From Azolla caroliniana (taxonomy: Eukaryota; Plantae; Polypodiophyta): a stretch of 64,000 nucleotides of DNA. The position numbers and the translations under genes are program-made. Location: contig JBHGNT010000015.1 of assembly GCA_043228905.1 (NCBI GenBank), positions 15,500,001 to 15,564,000 on the forward strand, written 5' to 3'. The notes beneath the pieces were generated by a model. That model was not told the origin of the DNA. It ran no database searches and saw nothing but the letters and a program-made list of their open reading frames with translations. Numbering within the stretch: the stretch's first letter is position 1; the number at the start of each line of letters is the position of its first letter. Below are positions 48,304 to 60,159 of the stretch, one piece after another.

Positions 48304-51300
48304 TGTTGAGAGACAAGCTCAACATCGGCCAGATCGGCTAAGCAAGCCGAGGACCGGTTCAGTTGGGACCGATCGGTTAGGCCAGATCGGTTGGAAACCG
48401 GTACGTAGACCGGTGTGTAGGAAGGCCAGATCGGTGCGGAAACTGGGAGGCCATCGGAAAGATATTCCGCAAGGAATATATTTGGGAGTTAGTGTAGGGG
48501 CTCCTCAATGAGCATTGAAGTACTGTCAGTACTTCTGTCAGTCCGAAAAGGACTTGTATAAAAGTGTTCATTGAACACACACGACGTACAGATCGAGTAT
48601 CATTTTTGAATTAAGCTCTTGTGTTTACTCTCTCTCTATCTCTCCCGTGCGTACTATGCAAACCTAAGCTTTCCATTAAACCTGTGTTTTCTGTTGTTCG
48701 GTTTTCCTATATTGCTTCCGCACGCCATTTTTTTCATGGTATCAGAGTGCGAGGGTTGAGAACCTCTACATTCGACTTTGCTTGAAGGAAAAACCAACGA
48801 AGAAGAACAAGAAAACCGATGGACAGAGGAATGGCTAGCTCGCTTCCAACGGAGAAGCTTGACAAAACCAACTACGCATCTTGGTCCTACAAGATGCACC
48901 AGTACCTGCTCGGACACGGTTACTAGAGCTATGTCGATGGAGCAAATGACACAACACTCGACACACAAAGACTTCCTGGCGTGGGAACAATCGGCGAGTA
49001 GAGTGTTGTACTGTTTCGCGTCTTGTGTGGGCGAATAGCTGTTAAGCTACGTTGGGGATGCAAAAACGCCAAAGGGTGCATGGGAAAATTTGAAGAAGAT
49101 CTTCGTCGCGAGCACCACAACTAGGAAGCTTCAGCTTCAACAGGAGTTGAGCAACCTATGACAACGTGATTTGTCGGTGGCTGACTATACCTCGAAGATC
49201 AAGGACATATGCGACTCCTTAGCTTCCATTGATGTGAACATCGAGGAAAGCGAGATGGTCCAGGTCTATCTCGGGGGTTTGGCGTCAATGTTCGGAGTGT
49301 TCTGAACTGTTGTGTGTACCCGGGAGAATACGTCGTCCTTTTTCGACTTACAGTCGATGCTCCTGGTAGAGGAGAACCATGCGGGTGCGTCGACAAGCAC
49401 GCATGCCGACAGCAAGATGTTGTACACGAAGGGAGAGAGGCCCTGTGGTCATGGCGGACGAGGCGAGTCAGTGCGCAATGGAGGCGGCCGACGAGATCAA
49501 GGAAGGAGGCACCAAAATGATGCTGACAGCAATTCCGGACCTCTGGAAACAGGGGGAGTGGAGGCGACAAGAAGCAGCAAGGGAAATCCGTCGCGGAATG
49601 CTGGTACTGTGGCAAGAAAGGCCACAGGGAGAGCGAGTGCTGGAAAAAGCGCGCCGAGTCAGAGAGGACTGGTTCCAGACATACCGACAAAGGAAACTAG
49701 TAGAGATCGCACTACGCCGAAGGATCCGGAGAAGCCGGAAAAGGGTCAGTCTTCGTGACGAGACACGAAGCAAACTCATTGATGAAGATCACCCCGAAGT
49801 CAGAGGAGGTGTGGTACGTCGACTCTGGCGCGTCAAATCACATGACGTGCCACAAGGAGTGGTTCTCATACCTTGAGAAACCGACGCAACCAGGAGTAGT
49901 CGCAACCGGAGACGACACTCCGCATCTGATCGCGAATGTCAGAGAAGTTCCCCTTAGCCATGTCGGGCAGAAAGGGAAACTCATGAACGTGCTGCACGTT
50001 CCGACAATCACGAAAAACTTGGTCTCGGTCGGACAGATCGTCGACCAAGGGATGGAGGTTCGGTTTACACACCTCGGGTGCTTCATTGAGGAAGAAGGCC
50101 GTGTGATTGGGCAAGGGCGTAGAGACGGGAGGATGTTCATCCTCGACTCCACTGACGGCAGCACCGCAATGTTCGCGAAGGGACAAAAATCCGAGTCGGA
50201 CATCGACTTGTGGCACAAGCGGATAGGCCACGTCAACCACCAGCGGCTTCAAGATCTGCAATCGAAACAGGTAGTGTTCGGATTGCCCAAATTTAGTGGC
50301 CAAAAGGCACAAATTTGTGAAGCCTGCTAGCTTGGGAAGCAACACCGACTTCCCTTCCCCAGCGAGCGAAGCCGGAGCCGGAACAAGCTCGACCTTATAC
50401 GCTCCGATGTATGGGGGCCGGCACAAAACGTTAGTCTTGGCGGGAGCCGATATTTCGTCTCCTTCATCGACGACCACACGTGACACACGTGGATCTACCT
50501 CATTGAGAGGAAGAGCGAAGTCTTCGACTGCTTTCGGAACCTCAAAGGGTTCGTGGAAACGGTGACGGGACGAAAGTTCAAGTGCCTGCGGTCGGATGGC
50601 GGGAAAGAGTACTTCTCCGGTCAATTCAACGGTTATCTACAACAAATGGGAATTCGGCGCGAATTCAGTTGCAGATACACGCCGGACTAGAACGGCGTGG
50701 CCGAGAGGAAGAATCGGTCAGTTTTGGACGCGGCACGGGCAATGCTGGAGGAGAAGAGCTTGCCCAAGTTTTATTGGGCTGAGGCGGTAAGGACCGCGGT
50801 ATACATCCAGAACCGGATCGGAGACAAAGTGTCGGCGCATGAGCTATATTTCGGAACGAAGCCGAACTTGCGACACTTGAGGGTGTTCGGTAGCATTGCG
50901 TATGTGCATATACCGAAGGAGAAAAGGAGGAAGCTAGACGCAAAGGCCGAGAAATGCATCTTGGTCGGTTACTCGGACGAGCAGAAGGGTTATAAGTGCT
51001 ATAACCCTCGCACCAAACAAGCGCGTCTCGGCCGCGACGTTGTGTTTGACGAGTCCGCGTCTTGGTACCTGCCCCCGACTATGAACCTCGACTCCAATCC
51101 GAGCTCTGACGATGAGGTCAGCGAGGCCGAGATGCCTCTGGATGAGCCCGAAATCGAGACCCACGAAGAGAGTCCGATTTCACTCAGGTTAAGTGGACCA
51201 ATTGGACGACTGAGTCGGTACGACCAGTCCGATGAAGAGCCGGCGAGTAGTGGAGACTCGGCCGTGCATTCCCCGCGCAGGAAGCCGAGGAGACGGCTTA

Positions 51301-54003
51301 CACGCAGAGAGAAAGGGAAGAAGAAGGTGTCGGATTCCAACACGGAAAGGAACGAGTCAGACCGACGCGAGTCCGACTCCGAGGGAACCAGTGACGGGTC
51401 TTTAAAGATGAAGACCTTGTCGACCGAGAAGGCCTCGACATAGGCTACTGTGAGATTACGCCGATCTACCCGCCAGAAGAATCCTGTTTTGCGGTTCGGA
51501 TACAACGAGTACATGGCGCATCATTATGCGTACATGACCCGTGTAGCGGAAGTGCGTGAGCCGGAGAGCTACGCAGAAGCGGCTAAAGACGTGAATTGGC
51601 ATGCCGCGATGGACGAAGAGATGCACGCATTGGCGGAGAACGAGACCTGGGACCTGGTTGACGCACCAAGAGGGGTAAAACCGATCGGGTGTAGGTGGGT
51701 GTACAAAGTCAAGTACAACACCGATGGCTCGGTCAACCGGTACAAGGCTCGGCTAGTGGCAAAGGGCTACGCGCAGAAACACGGCATCGACTACGATGAA
51801 ACATTTGCGCCGGTCGCGAAAATGACGACCGTCCGTGTTTTGCTCGCAGTAGCCTCGGCCAAGGGGTGGCACCTACATCAAATGGATGTAAAGAATGCGT
51901 TCCTGCAAGGTGACCTTGAGGAACAAGTGTACATGGTACAACCCCCCAGATTTCACTCCGGAACGAACTCCTCGGCAGTATGCCGACTGAAGAAGTCCCT
52001 TTACGGATTGAAGCAAGCCCCGCATGCCTGGAACGCGAAGATCACGCAACAACTACGTCGGATGGGCTTCGTCACGTCAAAATCAGACTCTTCCCAGTTC
52101 ATCCGGAAAGGTCAACTCGGACCGGTTAGTATTCTACTATATGTTGATGACTTGGTCATCACCGGCGCCGACCTAGGTGAAATCGACCGCGTGAAGCTCC
52201 AGCTTGCGGCATCGTTCGACATGAAGGATCTGGGGGACCTTCATTACTTCCTCGGGATCGAAGTGATCCGTACTCCCGAAGGCATATTGATCAGCCAACG
52301 TCATTACGTGTTGAGTATGCTCTTCAAATTCGGGATGGCCGACTGTAAGTCTGTCTCGACTCCTCTGGACAGAACCGTCAAGCTTCGTCCCGATACGGGA
52401 AAGGTATGCGACCCGACGAGGTTCCGACAAATTGTCGGACGCCTCATATACTTGACCATCACCCGACCTGACCTCAGTTATCCGGTCGGAGTGATCAGTC
52501 AGTTCATGGCGCGACCTACCGAGGAGCAGCTTCAGTGTGCACAACGCGTATTGCGGTATGTAAGTGGCACTAAAGACCGTGGATTGCTATATCGGACCGG
52601 TGCAGCCGCGCAGTTAGTCGGCTACACCGATGCTGATTGGGCTGGCCACGCCACCGATCGCCGATCCACGTTCGGATATGCGTTCTCCCTCGAGAGTGCT
52701 GCGATCGCGTGGAGCAGTAAGAAGCAACGGACAGTTGCACTGTCGAGCACCGAAGCTGAGTACCGAGGAGCAGTTGTCGCGACATGCGAAGCCATATGGT
52801 TGAAGTGGCTACTTAAGGACCTGCAGGTGGAGGTGTCAGATCCGACGACGATCTACTACGACAACCTTAGCAACATCCAGCTCGAGAAGAACCCCATTTT
52901 CCACGCACGGACCAAGCACATTGAGGTGCAGTACCATTTCTTCCGTGAGCGTGTCCTTTCCGGTGAAGTCGAACTTCAGTACGTGCCGACGGATCGGCAG
53001 ACTGCCGACATCTTCACAAAGCCTCTTGGTTTGGACAAGTTGCGGCAATTCTCAGGTGTGCTCGGGTTGCGTCACCTCGACGTGCCAACCTTGAGGGGGA
53101 GAACAGTCCCGAACGACCAAGCAAGGCAGCAGGAAAGGAGCGGAGACCGCGACACCGAGTCCGAGTCGGTTGACTCGGTTGTCGAGTTCGACTTCGGATC
53201 GGCTGAAGAAGCCGAGGACGGACCCACGGAAAAGTCCGAAAGCGGATAGAAGGGGAGCAGCCGAAGGAGAGAGCCGAAGCCAACCACGCATGGGGGAGAT
53301 GATGCAATCGAGGGCGAGAAGACCGAAGGTGAGTTGGAGACAGCCAACTCGGACGAGAGCGAAAACCGATCGGAAGTAGCCGAGTCGGTTCGGATGTTTG
53401 ATTTAGACACGTTGAATCAACCGAGGCCCAAGCGGAAGAAAAGGCAGCAGAAGAAGTGTCAACACCGCAACAACAGAAGAGCTGATAAGGGTCACATGAG
53501 CAGACAAGCCGACCGTAAGGGTCGAAGCGCGCAGAGTCGAACAGGTCGAGGAGCGCGAGCGAGGCGTGAAGCCAGGAGGAACCGGAGCTGTGAAGATCCC
53601 GAAGAGCCTCAAGTTGAGCTTGAGGGGGAGTGTTGAGAGACAAGCTCAACATCGGCCGGATCAGCTGAAGAAGCTGAGGACCGGATCTGCTGGGACCGAT
53701 CGGTTAGGCCGTTAGGAAAGATATTCCGTGAGGAATATATTTGGGAGTTAGTGTAGGAGCTCTTAATGAGCATTGAAGTACTGTCCGTACTCCAATCAGT
53801 CCTTCTAGGGCTTGTACAAAGTGTTCATTGAACACATATATGTTTTGGTTTTGTCTTTCATTATAGATCTCCCTTTTGGTTTCTTCTCTCTAACTGTCTT
53901 GGTCTCTCCCGCGTATATTGTGTAAGCTCAAGCTCTCCATTAAACCTGAGTGTTCTCCCTTCTGTTCTGTCTTTATACTTGCTTCCGCATGCTACTTTTT
54001 ACA
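48304..54003 (+). mobile_element. Copia K (B family), full-length but with non-matching LTRs and flanks (recombinant)
   Basis: LTRs 48304-48736 and 53631-54003; PBS 48737-48747; PPT 53622-53630; flanks TATCT versus GCAGC. Confidence 0.92.
48819..53636 (+). pseudogene. gag-pol of Copia K; RT-RNase H open for 599 aa plus a C-terminal extension
   Basis: WYVDSGASNH, LRSDGGKEY, LYVDD, YTDADWAG, RTKHIEV, ADIFTK; scattered stops. Confidence 0.93.
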
Positions 54004-54663
54004 GCAGCCAAGATCAATGGTCATGCTTGCAATGCCATGATTGATTGTGGAGCAACACATAACTTTATCACTCTCGAGTGCGTCACTAAATTTGGATTGA
54101 AACCTATGCTTTGTGCAAGGCTCAACCAATGTTGGGTTCCTGTCTTCTCTCTAACTGTCTTGGTCTCTCCCGCGTATATTGTGTAAGCTCAAGCTCTCCA
54201 TTAAACCTGAGTGTTCTCCCTTCTGTTCTGTCTTTATACTTGCTTCCGCATGCTACTTTTTACAGCAGCCAAGATCAATGGTCATGCTTGCAATGCCATG
54301 ATTGATTGTGGAGCAACACATAACTTTATCACTCTCGAGTGCGTCACTAAATTTGGATTGAAACCTATGCTTTGTGCAAGGCTCAACCAATGTTGGGTTC
54401 CTGTCTTCTCTCTAACTGTCTTGGTCTCTCCCGCGTATATTGTGTAAGCTCAAGCTCTCCATTAAACCTGAGTGTTCTCCCTTCTGTTCTGTCTTTATAC
54501 TTGCTTCCGCATGCTACTTTTTACAGCAGCCAAGATCAATGGTCATGCTTGCAATGCCATGATTGATTGTGGAGCAACACATAACTTTATCACTCTCGAG
54601 TGCGTCACTAAATTTGGATTGAAACCTATGCTTTGTGCAAGGCTCAACCAATGTTGGGTTCCT
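53882..54663. repeat. Perfect 261-bp tandem triplication spanning the K LTR end and its flank
   Basis: Identical ORFs at 53950, 54211 and 54472. Confidence 0.95.
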
Positions 54664-56703
54664 AGCGTTGGATATTCCTATGGACACGGAAACATGGAAA
54701 GGAAAGGTAAATTTTCTAGTAGTTCCAATGATAGGATTTGATGTCACATTGGGATTGGATTGGGCAGATAAGTATCTTATCACATATTTCGGAAGGAGAA
54801 TAGAGAAAGTATTATTGGACAATTTGGATGGACACAATGGGGTGATGGTAAATCTTCATCGCCCAACAATAAAGCAAGTGGAATCAAGTGAACAGTCCAG
54901 TCCACCTTAGCATTATGTAGCGCCAAAGTGCCTAATCGTTCACTAAGAAAAGGAGAGAAATTATTTTTATGTACAACAATTGTCCGCCATCAAGCAAGTA
55001 CAACATTGGAAGGACACAAAGGTAATCTAGTAATTCAACACCTAATAACTTAATTTAAGGATGTGTGAACAACCAGGTTACCTCTTGGACTACCCCCTAA
55101 AAGAGCCATTGATCACAAAATCAACATACTACCGGGAAGTACACCACCGGCTAAAGCTCCATACAAGTTGAATGCAACTCAATTAACAGAATTGAAGAAG
55201 CAATTGATCGAGCTGGAGACAAATGGTTTCATCTGCCCGAGTAATTCACCATATGGAGCACCCGTTATATTTGTTGCAAAAAAGGATGGAACAATGCGAA
55301 TGTGCATGGACTATCGAGCACTCAACAAGATAACAATCAAAGGTAAATATCCATTGCCAGTCATTGTTACTAGATAAATTGGCAGGGGCACAATTTTTTA
55401 CTTGCATCGACTTGAGGTTGGGGTACCACCAAATCCGAGTTGCTGAAGATGACATTGAGAAAACAACTTTTCGAACAAGGTATGGCTAGTTATGAGTTTT
55501 GGCTCACCGGTGCACAAAGAACATTTAGTCGCTTGGGCAATGATCTATTTTGTGCTTTTCTTGATGAGTTTGTCATCTTATACATAGATGATTTGCTCAT
55601 CTATAGCAAAACATTGGAAGAGCACATGTTACATGTTAAGAAAGTGTTACATATACTGCGAGAAAACAAATTGTATGCTAACCCCAAGAAATGTGAGTTT
55701 GCAGTACAAGAGATTAACTTCTTAGTTTTCCGGGTAGGGAAACATGGCCTTCGCATGGACACAAGCAAGGTGGATGTTGTACGAAGATGGCCAATCCCAA
55801 CTAAAACTATAGAAGTCCAACAATTTGTAGGTGGCCTACTCATGAGAAAGAAATGCTTGCCATCGTCTATGCCCTATGGAAATGACGTCATTATGTCCAA
55901 GATAAATTTACTAAAGTATTCACAAATAATATATCCTTGCAGTATTTTTAGTCGCAACCAAAGTTGTCCCCTAAACAAGTTCGCTGGCAAGATTTTTTGG
56001 CAGAATTTGATTTATGCATCAACCATAAAAGTGGTGCTCTTAATACTATGCCAGATGCTTTACATTGAATGTCGCATGCTTGTACCATTTTGGTAATCTC
56101 TGATTCTTCTTTGCTACAAGACATTCTCAACAACATGATCCTTACATGCAACAATTTATTTCTGATATGGAAATGCAACGTGCGGCCCATGGGTCACTCA
56201 GAATGCAACAATGTCTATTTATGATACATGGTAAGTGGTTTGTACCTAATATAAGGGAAATTAAGGCACTGATTTTGCAAGAAGCACATGATTGTAAGAT
56301 GGCAGGGCATGGTGATATTCACCGGACACTCACCAACATCATGGCAACATTTTTCCTAGCCCCATATGGAGTTGGATGTAAAACACTACGTCCAATCCTA
56401 TGTGACATGCCAACAAGTTAAAGCTCGGCGTGGATGACCATTTGGATTACTACAACCCATGCCAATACCCGCTCAACCATGGGATCTGGTGAGTATGGAT
56501 TTCATAGTGGATTTGCCCGTGTCAAGAGGTTATAAAGAGATCAGGGTGGTCACCGACTATTTCTCTAAACAAGCTCACTTTGTACCAACAAAACCACCTC
56601 TCACAGCCCTCCAGGTAGCCAAATTGTTCTTCAAACCTATCTTTAAATATCATGGCATTCCTGCGGCTATCGTATCAGCTAGGGATCAGCATTTTACTAG
56701 TAA
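54526..56703 (+). pseudogene. Highly decayed Gypsy (chromovirus-like) pol remnant: PR, RT, partial RH, INT
   Basis: [59 protein letters not shown]. Confidence 0.88.
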
Positions 56704-59630
56704 CACGTTTGCGTTCACAAGTGGAAGGATCGCGCATTCCACTTGTAGAATCTTCTTGAAAATATCCAAATATACTCTCTCTACAAAAATTGGATGCACT
56801 AGTATCACATGTTCCACAACTTGATTAGAATTTGCAAATATAAAAATACATGATAGGTCTCCGAGTGGAGAACATTAGAAATTCAAATAAGTTTGGATGT
56901 GTTGATAAGTTAATGTAGGCATAATAAAGTTCAACAATGACTCAATATCTCACTAATGTGCGACATGGCAAACACTCAGTTAAAGACTTATATTATTTTG
57001 GTAAGTTTTACAAAAATATGAGGTATACTTGTAACCATACTAATAAAATGAGTTATAATTTATACTTTGACCCATACTTGTATGTATATAATTGTGGACA
57101 ATGTAAGACAGTGAACTTTAGGATAATGTGATGGAAATAACAAACCTATTAAGGCTTTCAATACTTGTATTTAAAATTGATCTAATCTATTCCTTAGGTG
57201 ATTCACACGGGATCAAACTCCGAACAATAACGTTAGTAGAACTACAAGCGTATAAAAACATGCGGATATTGTTGAGAGGTGTGCTCCAAGGTCATGCAAC
57301 TAATGGGACAACGTGGCATCAACCATTATCAACACACCACACAATCTAAGCAGCAATGGAAGAGAAATATAATAGTTTTAGCAATAGAAGACAAAGATCC
57401 ATAATATATGGACTGGTATATATTTGACACAGAATGACAATCTCGACAATTGATCACAAATAACAACATGGACAGTCATGGCAACAATTCTACGAGCATG
57501 TTATGTTAAGGTAAAGTTTGACCGAAATCAGCCTTAATGTAAACTAATTCATGTTTCTCCATATTGGTAGTCAACAATACACGCGGTGAAACCAATGTCA
57601 TGATTCAACAAACCAAGTATATAGAAATAAAATTGAAACATATAGAAGAATATAAAGAATGGAATACACCAAGTAGAACCCAAAATTTGTATTAGTAATG
57701 TGAATTCAAAACAATACATTTTATCAACAAAAGAGTCTATTACATACCAATCAAATCGTCAATGTCATTTTCTTCTTCATCTCTTATAGAAGTTTATTCG
57801 GCTATACGTGCATTGTCTTCCCCTGTTAGCCGAGCCACTGTAAGATCTTCTATAAGCTCATCATCAAACTCAATTAGCTCCCCCGGTTCCCAGGCTAATG
57901 GAGGATTAGGCTCTCACAAAGCAGGTTGAAACCTTTCGGTATCAGTGACGTGCTTTGCACCGACCTCCTCGTCCTAGTCTGGGCACTCCCACAAAGCCTT
58001 GATCCTCATGTTTATAAATATAACCTGCTCCTCGTCTTTCTCCAATGCAATTGTGTTTTTGAAGAGCTTCAATGCACATGTAGACGGTGTCCCTGTGAAG
58101 AAAGCAACAAGAAGAATTAGTTTTCAAACAAAAAAGAATCAGTATTGGTTATCTCAAGAACGTAAACCTAGTTGGAGGAATACTGATAATGCTCGCAGAA
58201 CTAGTGATTCGAGAAGGAGAGCTTGGGGATGTATACTGCTTTAGATGTGTGCATTATGCCAGCCTTGCCAAGGTTTCCAAGTTGACTGTGCCATAATGAT
58301 GACACTGGAATGTCGACCAAAAACAAGTCACCCTCTCTGAGTGTGATGTATAGTGGGTACAATGAATGTACTCTCAGGCCTTGAGCAAGTAGGAGGTTCC
58401 CCTTGTGGAGTGTCCACCCTCTTGATGATAAGCCGGCATGGATGCCATCTTCATCCAATTGTCCAATTGAGATCAAAGTTCTTGAGAGCTCAGGTACATG
58501 TCAAACATTATGTAGTACTAATGTAGAGCCACCGGGAAGGTTAAGCTCTATTGTGTTGATTCTGATTATAGCACAATGCTGCAAATTTCCGACTCGGACT
58601 GAGTCGGAATGTCGGGCCAAATATTGCCGAAATTGGGATCGATCAGGGATCACATGGTAGGATGCACCCGAATTGAGGAGCCATGTGCTTGACCCTTCAG
58701 TCGTAAGCAAAACTTCTTATTCGACTGAGTGTTCAATGAACATAATGTTCGGGTCGTTCATCAATACTTTGACTAAAGAGTCGACATAATTGACCTCCTC
58801 ATGTTGGCCACTCTTTTTATCATATTGCTAAGATTTATCATTATTTCCTTTGAGTGCACATCAATCGACTTTGATGTGTTTGAGTTTCTTGTAGTAATTC
58901 CAGATTCACTATCCCGAGACTTGCTTCGACTTCATGTGTTGTTCGGCGGTTGGGAAGAACTTCTTCCTCAACTGTTCAGTCAGTCGGCCGAACTTTGTAC
59001 TATATAGGCATCACTGGCCGAATCGTTTGCAAATGATTTTGTCCGAGCAGCTTTCGTCACAATTGAGCTCGTGACTTCGGAGTATTTAACGGTGTCATGC
59101 CTTTCGGCGTCAGATCGTTTGCATGAGTCGGGTGGGAACCACTAGGGTTTTGGACTAGGAAGAGGAAGAATTTGAGACGATTTTAATTATGAAAAGATTA
59201 TTATAAACTTGCAAATCCCACAAGTATAATATATTTTATTAATCAATATTTAGATAAGAATATGTATTTAGATTAAAAGAAAGATATAAGAAACTTGTGA
59301 ATCCCACAAGTATAGATTATATTATTTTCGTGAATCCCACGATTATATTAATTGGTTGGTGTTTTTGGAAATATATCCAATTTCCAAGTATTTCACACAT
59401 CTATTACATTGAGCTCCCCATCCTTATATAGTGATGAGAGAGTCTTAATTTATCACATGCAATCATCATGCTTTTTCTAACTTTAGTTTTCATGCACACT
59501 ACATGTGCATGATTAGCTTTCTATCCCATCTTTTCTTTTAACTCGAGTGTGTATGCATGAATAACTTTTTGTACCATGCATATCTAGAATATTTGCATGG
59601 GATAAAGTTTAGTATACCTTTACAATTCAT

Positions 59631-59717
59631 AATATGCTAGTATAGTGGTAAGGCTTAAAATTCGTTAACATGGAGGTACAAGGTTCAAATCTTGCCTCAC
59701 GCATGTAACAATCTTTT
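59631..59717 (+). ncRNA. tRNA-like Pol III cassette (A box, B box, T-run) in the 3' LTR of H
   Basis: TAGTATAGTGG 59638-59648; GGTTCAAATCT 59682-59692; TTTT 59714-59717. Confidence 0.55.
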
Positions 59718-60159
59718 CTTCTATTTACAAATTTGTCTCTTCATCCGGTGAGAGACTCTCACCGGCCTTCTTTATCCGACTCTTGTTGGTTTTGCTTGAT
59801 CCGGTTCTTACCGGGTCTCCTTGCCGATTCCATCCTTCATCCGGTTCTCACCAGTTCCTCCTTACCGATTCCATCCGGTTCTCACCGGGTCTTTCTTGCC
59901 GATTCCTCCTTGCCCCATTCGGAAGGACCAAAATGCAATTTTCATGTAGTGTGCAAATTACACTACGAAACTTGCCCCCTCCAAACCCGCACATCCTCCG
60001 GTATGTGCCGAAGTTGTCGATGATTGTTAGTCTTCTCCATCCGGTCTCCGCCCGGTTGGTTTCGTCACTGGTCGTTTTCGGTTGCCAGCTCCGTCCGGTT
60101 TCCGGTTCTTTTCAGTTGCCGGCTCCGTCCAGTCGCCGATTTTCAATTGCTTGCTCCAC

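Noticed and set aside
56695-56750. Helitron 3' end (hairpin acaagtggaa/ttccacttgt plus CTAG on the minus strand)
   Set aside because: The CTAG is explained by the integrase F-T-S codons, no A|T target is evident and no 5' TC end was found.
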